The notes below the pieces were generated by a model. It did not search any database. It worked only from the letters and a program-made list of their open reading frames with translations, and was not told the origin of the DNA. From contig CAVVKJ010000010.1 in NCBI GenBank assembly GCA_963748815.1, positions 928,001 to 992,000 of the forward strand: a stretch of 64,000 nucleotides of DNA, written 5' to 3'. Every line of letters begins with the position of its first letter. The first letter of the stretch is position 1. Origin of the DNA: an uncultured Gemmatimonadales bacterium. Lineage in GTDB: Bacteria; Gemmatimonadota; Gemmatimonadetes; Gemmatimonadales; GWC2-71-9. The translations under genes and the position numbers were made by a program. Of the stretch, positions 57,280 to 64,000 are shown piece after piece.

Positions 57280-58999
57280 GCCGCTGGCGGCGCCGGCTCC
57301 TGCCGGACCGCTCCCGCAGCCTGGGCTGTGGGTCCTGCTTTCGCCCAAGTGGCGCACCGCGATGGCCCGGGTGCGCCAGGAGCGGTCGGGGGCCGGCATG
57401 CGTCTGCTCCTCCTGACGCTGGTCGGCTTTGGCTTCTGGTCGGCGGTCTTCGGCGTTTCCTACCGGGTCCTGAAGTATTTCCAGGGCGTGCCGGAAATCG
57501 GCACCCTCGTCGCCACCAAACTCCTGGCCGTCCTGCTGCTCGCCTTCCTTGGCGTGCTGCTGCTCTCCAACATCATCACCGCGCTCTCCACCTACTTCCT
57601 GGCGTCGGACCTCGACCTCATGGTTTCCGCGCCGGTGGACTGGCTGCGGGTCTACCTCGTCAAGCTCGCCGAGACGACGGTGCATTCCTCGTGGATGGTA
57701 GCGCTGGTGGCGGTGCCGATCTTCACCGCCTATGGCATGGTCTTCGACGGGGGACCGCTCTACCCGCTGATCGTCATCGCGGCGCTGATTCCCTTCCTCG
57801 TGATGCCGGCGGTGCTGGGGACGATGCTCACCCTGTTGCTGGTGAACATCTTTCCCGCGCGGAAGACCCGGGACCTGCTGACGCTGATCGCGGTGGGTGC
57901 GGTGGGCGGGGTGGTGCTGCTGCTGCGGCTCATCCGGCCGGAGCAGCTGGCCCGGCCGGAGGGTTTCCGAAACCTGCTCGATTACTTCTCGATGCTGCAG
58001 GGGCCGACCAACCCGTTCCTGCCCAGCGAGTGGGCCGCGGACATGGTGATGAACTGGCTCCTCCGCATCGGGGATCCGCTCCCGATCCTCCTGCTCTGGA
58101 CCACCGCGGGGGTTCTCGGCGTCGTCGGCTCCGCGCTGCACCAGAAGCTCTACCTGGCGGGCTACAGCAAGGCGCAGGAGGGGAAGGACACCTTTGTCCG
58201 CGGAGGACTCTGGGAGCGGTTGCTGCTGCCGCTGCTCCGCACCGCCGGACCGGCGCGCCGGGAATTCATCCTCAAGGACCTCCGGCTGTTCTTCCGCGAC
58301 ACGACGCAGTGGAGCCAGCTCATCCTGCTGGCCGTGCTGCTGGCGGTGTATGTCTTCAACATCCAGACGCTCCAGCTCTTCTCCGGGGAGCAGGTGCCGG
58401 TCTTCTTCGTCACCCTCGTGGTCTTCCTGAACCAGGGGCTGGCCGGGTTCGTCCTCGCCGCGATTGCGGCGCGTTTCATCTTCCCGGCCATTTCGCTCGA
58501 GGGACGGGAGCTCTGGCTCCTCAAGTCGAGTCCGCTCGACCTCCGCGCCATGTTCTGGAGCAAGTATTTCATCGGAACGCTGCCGCTGATGGTGGTGGCG
58601 CTCACCCTGACGCTCGTGACCAACGCCCTCCTCCACGCCAGCCCGTTCATCATGCTGATGAGCGTCCTGACCATCACGATGTACACCCTGGCGGCGAGCG
58701 CGATGGCGCTCGGCCTCGGCGCGCTCTTCCCGCAGTTCGGGACCGAGAACGCCGCGCAGATTCCCACCAGCTTCGGCGGGCTCGTGTTCATGATGTCGAG
58801 CCTCAGCCTGCTGGCGCTGGTCATCGTCATCGAGGCGCTGCCGGTGGCCAGCTACCTCCGCGCCATCGCGGCCGGGGGCGACCCGGGGTGGAGCAGCGAG
58901 ATGGTGTTGAGCATGCTGGCGGTGGCCGCGCTCTGCGCCGTCTCCACCATCCTGCCGCTGCGCATCGGACTCCGTCGACTGCAGGAACTCGAACTCTAG
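57272..58999 (+). CDS. ABC-2-type exporter permease (multi-TM)
   Basis: About 13 TM segments; SDLDLMVSAP and ISLEGRELWLLKSSP; follows the ABC ATPase. Confidence 0.85.
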   Translation: MTEPLAAPAPAGPLPQPGLWVLLSPKWRTAMARVRQERSGAGMRLLLLTLVGFGFWSAVFGVSYRVLKYFQGVPEIGTLVATKLLAVLLLAFLGVLLLSNIITALSTYFLASDLDLMVSAPVDWLRVYLVKLAETTVHSSWMVALVAVPIFTAYGMVFDGGPLYPLIVIAALIPFLVMPAVLGTMLTLLLVNIFPARKTRDLLTLIAVGAVGGVVLLLRLIRPEQLARPEGFRNLLDYFSMLQGPTNPFLPSEWAADMVMNWLLRIGDPLPILLLWTTAGVLGVVGSALHQKLYLAGYSKAQEGKDTFVRGGLWERLLLPLLRTAGPARREFILKDLRLFFRDTTQWSQLILLAVLLAVYVFNIQTLQLFSGEQVPVFFVTLVVFLNQGLAGFVLAAIAARFIFPAISLEGRELWLLKSSPLDLRAMFWSKYFIGTLPLMVVALTLTLVTNALLHASPFIMLMSVLTITMYTLAASAMALGLGALFPQFGTENAAQIPTSFGGLVFMMSSLSLLALVIVIEALPVASYLRAIAAGGDPGWSSEMVLSMLAVAALCAVSTILPLRIGLRRLQELEL

Positions 59000-59083
59000 C
59001 CCCAACCCGCACGTTCGCGGTACCAACCCCCCAATCATCCAGACCTACCTTGGGCGCGCCGTCACCCATCCCAAGGAGGTCTC

Positions 59084-60376
59084 ATGCACGTCAGGCACCG
59101 GCTGGCAGCGCTCGCGCTGCTCGCCACCGCGGTCGGCTGCGCCGACCATGAACCATCCGCGCCGGACGACACCCCCGGTGCGGCCGCCAGTCCGGCGGCC
59201 GTCGCCCCCAGCCCAAACCCCTCTCCCGAGGCCCAGCGGCTGGAACGACAGGCCAGCCGGCTGGCCCGGGCGCTCGCCGACCCGGCGCTCCGGCAATACG
59301 TCTACGAGCAGCTGCGGGCGTCGCGCGCCGTCGAGCACAAGGTGCAGTTCCAGCGGTTCCTGGACCGGGACGACCGCCGGGTCGCTGCCGCCATGGCCAG
59401 CGCCGGTGCGGAGCCCGAGGCGGCCGTCCTGGCGGACGCCGCCGCCGGCATCCGGGCGGAGTTCTACCTGCCCGTCCACGGCCAGCTGGAGCGCTGGGCC
59501 GGCGGCCCCGACTTCCTGGTGGCCACCGCCCTGAACGACGGTGACGTGCCGGTCGCCTACAACTCGAGGGGCCAGCGGTTCCTGCTCGACCCCCGCACCC
59601 CGCCCCCGACCCCGGTGCTGGCCCTGGTCCCCCAGGAAACCGACTTCGACCGCTGGCCAGGACCGGACGGGGCCACCTGTCAGCTCGACGACTGCGGGGG
59701 TGGGGGCAATGGGCAGGGGGGCGGCGGGAGCAGCGGCGGTGGGACGGGGGGACCCGGTGGCGCGCCCCCGAGCCAGTCACTCTACCTGACCCGAGCCCAA
59801 TTCGTGGACACGTTTGAGGGCTGGTTGAAGGGCGACCCCGAGTTTGAGCTCCATGTCCTCGGACCGGCGACACCGGGGGACACCTCCGCCATGGTCTCGT
59901 ACCAGTGTGTCGGGGAACATGCGCCGACGGGGTACTACTGGGACATGAACTCGAAGAGCTGGAGCGGCTCGGCCAAGGTCTTCACCCAGGCGCAGATGGA
60001 TGCCCTGGAGCAGGCATATCCGGGGCGCTCCTACCTGATCATGGCGCTCGAGGACGATGATACGGCGTGTGAAATCAAGATGGGCCAGGACAGGATTGGT
60101 GACCTGTTCACGGCGCTGAAAAACGCCTACCAGTCGTACATCGGGGTCAAGGACATCAAGGTCATCAGCATCAACGGCGTCACCCGCATCATCGTGGCGG
60201 CCAAGAGCGGGGCGAAACTGCTCAGCGCGCTGGCCAGCGTCATCAAGACGAACGACGACCTGATCGGCATCGCGGTGGCGGACTCCGTCATCGGGCGGAC
60301 GAGCACGGTGGGCCACTGGGCCGTCATGGAAGGGAGCTCGCAAATCAACGGCTGGCTGAACCTGGAAATGAAGTGA
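59084..60376 (+). CDS. Secreted lipoprotein of unknown function (possibly DUF3103-like)
   Basis: AGGAGG SD; lipobox AVGC; Gly-rich linker; EGWLKGDPEF and EDDD motifs. Confidence 0.7.
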   Translation: MHVRHRLAALALLATAVGCADHEPSAPDDTPGAAASPAAVAPSPNPSPEAQRLERQASRLARALADPALRQYVYEQLRASRAVEHKVQFQRFLDRDDRRVAAAMASAGAEPEAAVLADAAAGIRAEFYLPVHGQLERWAGGPDFLVATALNDGDVPVAYNSRGQRFLLDPRTPPPTPVLALVPQETDFDRWPGPDGATCQLDDCGGGGNGQGGGGSSGGGTGGPGGAPPSQSLYLTRAQFVDTFEGWLKGDPEFELHVLGPATPGDTSAMVSYQCVGEHAPTGYYWDMNSKSWSGSAKVFTQAQMDALEQAYPGRSYLIMALEDDDTACEIKMGQDRIGDLFTALKNAYQSYIGVKDIKVISINGVTRIIVAAKSGAKLLSALASVIKTNDDLIGIAVADSVIGRTSTVGHWAVMEGSSQINGWLNLEMK

Positions 60377-60434
60377 CCACTGACGGCGGGGGAGGTGACT
60401 CCCCCGCCCCACCCAAGGAGCGCATATGGTCCGA

Positions 60435-61053
60435 ATGGAAAAATGGAGAGCGGTGCTGCGCGGGATGGTCATCGTGCTGGCGGTTCCCGCCGCCAGTCTC
60501 GCCGCCCAGGGCAGCGCGTGGCACCTGTCGGCCGGCGCGGCGCAGACCTGGTTCAGCGGCGGCCTGGACGACACCACCACGATCGAGGGACACTGGACGC
60601 TCGCGCCAAAGCTCACCTGGGGACTCAGCGCCGACCGCGAGCCTCGGAAAGATCCGGCTCGGGCTCGGCCTGTCCTACGTTTCCTCCCGCGTCCAGGTCA
60701 GCGACGAACAAGTCACGCTCATCGAGGGCACACTCGACGTGAGCCAGGTGGCGGTGGCGGCCCTGGTGACCGTCCCGCTGGCCCGGCTGGGCAGCGATGG
60801 CGCCGCCCTGAACCTCTCCGCCGGCCCGGTGCTCGGCCTCTGGTCGCTGACGGACGCGGACACTCGCACCCGGTTCGGCGGCACCGCGAGCCTGCAGCTC
60901 GCGGCCCCCATCACCCCGAGCTGGCAACTGCTGGCCACGCTGGGGGGCTCCGTGTCCGGATCCCCCTTCAACGCGACCGACGTGCCGGACTTCTTCGACA
61001 CCACTACCCTGTGGGCGACCGGCGCCGGCCTCGGCATCCAGTACGCCTTCTAG
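60435..61053 (+). CDS. Outer-membrane beta-barrel protein; frameshift near 60640
   Basis: Signal peptide ending LAAQ; alternating beta-strands; C-terminal GLGIQYAF. Confidence 0.7.
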
Positions 61054-61055
61054 TG

Positions 61056-63647
61056 TCAGGACTTCGGGTCGAGCGCCTCGCTCACCGCCAGCGACAGGTG
61101 CTGACGGTGGGCCCGCGTCTCGGCGTCGCCCACCGGCGTCGCCACCTGGGCCTGGATCTTCTTCAGGCTCGCGATGGCCGCCGACTGCGACACATAGTCG
61201 TAGTTCTTGGCCGTCGGTCCCTTGATCATCCCGGCCACCTGGCTGACGTACTCGAGCTGCAGGTTCTGCCGGAAGGTGTTGACGTTGCCGCGGGCGTCGG
61301 CCGCAAACACGGCGTCGGTCAAGTCCGACATCATCTGGGCCGACGAGTACTTGTTTCCGTAGAGGCGTGAATCGGTCAGCCGGGCCTGGGTCTGCGGGGC
61401 CAGCAGGAAGGAGAGCACGCCCTTCTGCATGTTGAGGACGCGCGCGTGGATATCCGGCTCGCCCGGTCCGCTGAACCCGCGCCGCGGCTGCTGCAGCTCC
61501 GCCAGCAGTTCGGGCGAGGCGTCCCAGGCATCGGGCGCGAAGAACTCCGTGCGCAGCAGGCGCATCGCGCGCTGCTGCTCGGCCAGCGGCACCGGCGTGA
61601 ACGGCAGGCCGGCGCCCGCCTGTCCATCCACCCCACGGCTCACATAGACCCCGCCGACGTACCGCGACGTCACCACGGCGGCGTTCCCCTTCTCGCCGGT
61701 CGTCCGAAGGTACGCGGTCCTCAGCGTGGCATAGTCCTCACCCGGCTTCGGGTACCGCTGGTCCAATCCCCTGAGCAGGGTGTCCGCCAGGAGCATGCGC
61801 CCCTCGGCCCAGGTGAGGGCGTCGTTGCTCAGGTCGCCGACCATGATGCGTGGGTCGATGCCGCCACTCGGCGAGCGCATGTCGTCGGCGTCGTTGCCGA
61901 AGGCGAGCTCCGGCTCGGTGGAACGGTTGAGCAGCGCCGTCATGCGCGCCGCTTCGGCCGAGGGGCTCGACAACGCCGGCCGGTAGGCGAATTCGATGGC
62001 CCAGTCGTCGTACGGACCCGGATGGGTGTCGAACACCGGCGACCGCTTGCCTCCCGGAGGTGGGACGTTGGCGGCGTGGTAGTCCATGACCGACCCTGAC
62101 ACCCCCCGGGCCGCGACCAGCGCGGAGTCCTGGAGCTGGGCCGGGGAAAGCATCTGGCTCGCCTTCATGTTGTGGTTCAGCCCCATCGTGTGCCCGACCT
62201 CGTGGAGCACGAGGCTCACGACGGCGTCGTAGATGTAGGCGTTCATTTCGGCGTCGGTCGCGCCCAGCGCCCGCAGTGCAGACGCACCGAACGCGGCCTG
62301 CTGCTGCAGATAGCCTTGCGCGGAGCAGGCCAGCAGGTCCGACTCGTCTCCGGGGAGCGCCAGCGAGAACCCGGCGTACTCGAACAACTCCGCCTGCTGG
62401 ATCCGGTTGGTCACGAAGATGAACTCGAGCATGATGTCGGCGCCCAGGATCTGGCCGGTGCGCGGATTCACGAAGCTGGGGCCGTAGCCGCCAAAGGGAG
62501 GATTGGGCGACGCCGTCCAGCGGAGGACGTTGTAGCGCAGGTCGCCGGCATCCCAGGTGGCGGTGTCCGGCTGCTCCCGGACGACCACCGCGTTGGTGAA
62601 CCCGGCGGTCGCAAACGCCTCGTTCCAGCGAAGCACACCCTCGCGAATGGCCGGCCGCAGCTCGACTGGCGTGGTGTTTTCGATCCACCAGGTGATCGGC
62701 TCCACCGGGTCGGACATGGCCGCGTCAGGATTCTTCTTCACCAGGTTCCACCGGTGCACCTGGTCCCGCCACGGCGTGACGCTCGTGGAGGTCAGGTCGG
62801 TCACCTGATCGGTGAAGTAGCCGACCCGGGGGTCGGCGTAGCGCGGCTGGTAGTCGTTGGCGGGCATCTCGATGAAGGTGTGCTGGATCGTCAGGCTCAC
62901 GTTGCGCGGATCGGTGATTTCCGGCCCGCCGCCGTTGGTCGGCGCCGGGTTCACGTAGACGTACTCCACCACGACGTCGGTGTTGAGCGGATACGACTTG
63001 ACCGACACGACGTGCGTCTTCTCCTTGCTCAGGTTGCCGAGCGTGAAGGACGCGCCCGGGGGCGCACCCGGCCGCGGACTCGGCTTCACCTGCCGGAGGG
63101 TCTCGGTCAGGAACAGGTCGTCGGCCTTGATCAGGTATTCGCCCGAGGCCGTGTCCGTCGCCGCGATGTCGATGGAGGCGAGGAGGCCCGGGCTGATGTT
63201 CGCGTCGGCCGCCCGGCTGAGCGGGCTGGCAGGATTGAAGTAGAAGTTGGTGTTCTGCGTGACGAACTCGATCTTGTTGAAGTTCTTCCGGACGGCGAAG
63301 ACCTCGTTCGGGCCAAAGGCGCCGCGGAAGCTCCCGGCCGGGAGCGCTCCCTCGTCGGTGACCGACCAGTAGATGAACTCCTTCCCGATCTGGTCCTTCT
63401 TAACCACCATCTGGAGCGCACCCGTCACCGTGTCCTGGTAGATGGTGAACAGCCCGGCGTACTTGGCGGAACTCTTGGTCAGTTCGGCGATGGTCTTGCT
63501 CGCCCCCGGCTTGTCTCCCGCCGACTTGGCGCCGCCTTGGTTGGCCGCGGGACTCGGGGTGGTGGTCGCGGCACTGCCGGAGGCGCAGGCCAGCGAGACA
63601 GCGCTCAGGGACGCAAGAATGACTCGGACGATTCCTCGACCAGGCAT
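61056..63647 (-). CDS. Zinc-dependent metalloprotease lipoprotein (DUF5117/DUF4953, EcxA-like)
   Basis: Lipobox SLAC; PRYADPRVGYF; HEVGHTMGLNHN; SVMDY Met-turn; PGPYDDWAI. Confidence 0.92.
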   Translation of the reverse strand: MPGRGIVRVILASLSAVSLACASGSAATTTPSPAANQGGAKSAGDKPGASKTIAELTKSSAKYAGLFTIYQDTVTGALQMVVKKDQIGKEFIYWSVTDEGALPAGSFRGAFGPNEVFAVRKNFNKIEFVTQNTNFYFNPASPLSRAADANISPGLLASIDIAATDTASGEYLIKADDLFLTETLRQVKPSPRPGAPPGASFTLGNLSKEKTHVVSVKSYPLNTDVVVEYVYVNPAPTNGGGPEITDPRNVSLTIQHTFIEMPANDYQPRYADPRVGYFTDQVTDLTSTSVTPWRDQVHRWNLVKKNPDAAMSDPVEPITWWIENTTPVELRPAIREGVLRWNEAFATAGFTNAVVVREQPDTATWDAGDLRYNVLRWTASPNPPFGGYGPSFVNPRTGQILGADIMLEFIFVTNRIQQAELFEYAGFSLALPGDESDLLACSAQGYLQQQAAFGASALRALGATDAEMNAYIYDAVVSLVLHEVGHTMGLNHNMKASQMLSPAQLQDSALVAARGVSGSVMDYHAANVPPPGGKRSPVFDTHPGPYDDWAIEFAYRPALSSPSAEAARMTALLNRSTEPELAFGNDADDMRSPSGGIDPRIMVGDLSNDALTWAEGRMLLADTLLRGLDQRYPKPGEDYATLRTAYLRTTGEKGNAAVVTSRYVGGVYVSRGVDGQAGAGLPFTPVPLAEQQRAMRLLRTEFFAPDAWDASPELLAELQQPRRGFSGPGEPDIHARVLNMQKGVLSFLLAPQTQARLTDSRLYGNKYSSAQMMSDLTDAVFAADARGNVNTFRQNLQLEYVSQVAGMIKGPTAKNYDYVSQSAAIASLKKIQAQVATPVGDAETRAHRQHLSLAVSEALDPKS

Positions 63648-63776
63648 GAACAGCTCCGATACGAAGGTGAACGGAGGAAGGAACTTCGAGGGGCGGGTGC
63701 CGGGGCGCCTTCCAGGATGGCGCCTCCGGACAATTCTACCGCTATATGACGGGACGGGAAGAGGGTGTGGAGGGTT

Positions 63777-64000
63777 TCAGGCCGCCACGCGCCCACCGCA
63801 GGCCGCGCAAAATCGGCTTCCAGCGGGGAGAGTCGGTGCCGCACTTCGGGCAGCCGGCCGGCGAGCCGAGGCGTTTCCCGCATTCGGGACAGAACTGGGC
63901 GCCGGGCCCCGCGTGCGCCCCGCACGAGCCGCATTCCGAGGCGGTGCGGCCGTCGTCCCGCAGCGTGGCGACCCGGGCGGCGACCTGCGCCTCGAGGTCG
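63777..64000 (-). CDS. 3' end of a double zinc-ribbon protein (partial, frameshifted)
   Basis: CGSCG, FCPECG, CPKCG and RFCAACG-stop read across frames. Confidence 0.6.
   Translation of the reverse strand, partial: TSRRRSPPGSPRCGTTAAPPRNAARAGRTRGPAPSSVPNAGNASARRPAARSAAPTLPAGSRFCAACGGRVAA

Overview
High-GC bacterial chromosome segment. The gene content (Ser/Thr kinase-TPR, Ig/RCC1 lipoproteins, fused ccoNO, long RpoB insertion) suggests Gemmatimonadota; this is an inference. Contents in order: (1) a damaged Ser/Thr kinase-TPR gene and a truncated TonB-dependent receptor; (2) two Ig-domain lipoproteins, one a leishmanolysin-like metalloprotease; (3) the core tRNA(Thr-Tyr-Gly-Thr)-rpmG-secE-nusG-rplKAJL-rpoBC cluster, with no tuf, no tRNA-Trp and no rplA-rplJ leader; (4) a ~4 kb islet of two RCC1-repeat lipoproteins bracketed by a duplicated cysS 3' end; (5) cysS and mscS; (6) a low-oxygen locus with USPs, MgtC, a Met-rich protein, a DosS-like heme-GAF kinase, an OmpR-type regulator, a P1B-5 ATPase and ccoNO-Q-P-G-H-(DsbD_2)-I-S; (7) the most striking feature, an operon of 11 tandem paralogous small membrane-protein genes with variable N-termini and a shared C-terminal ELEERLDF(A/T)ERLL coiled coil, behind a sigma-W-like promoter and leading into a CesT-like chaperone gene and pspA; (8) sdaAB/AA and uvrA; (9) a TPR-macro-dead transglutaminase-ABC operon and several secreted proteins. 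Many clustered indels are more likely sequencing/assembly errors than real pseudogenes. All calls come from motif reading by eye; no searches were run.
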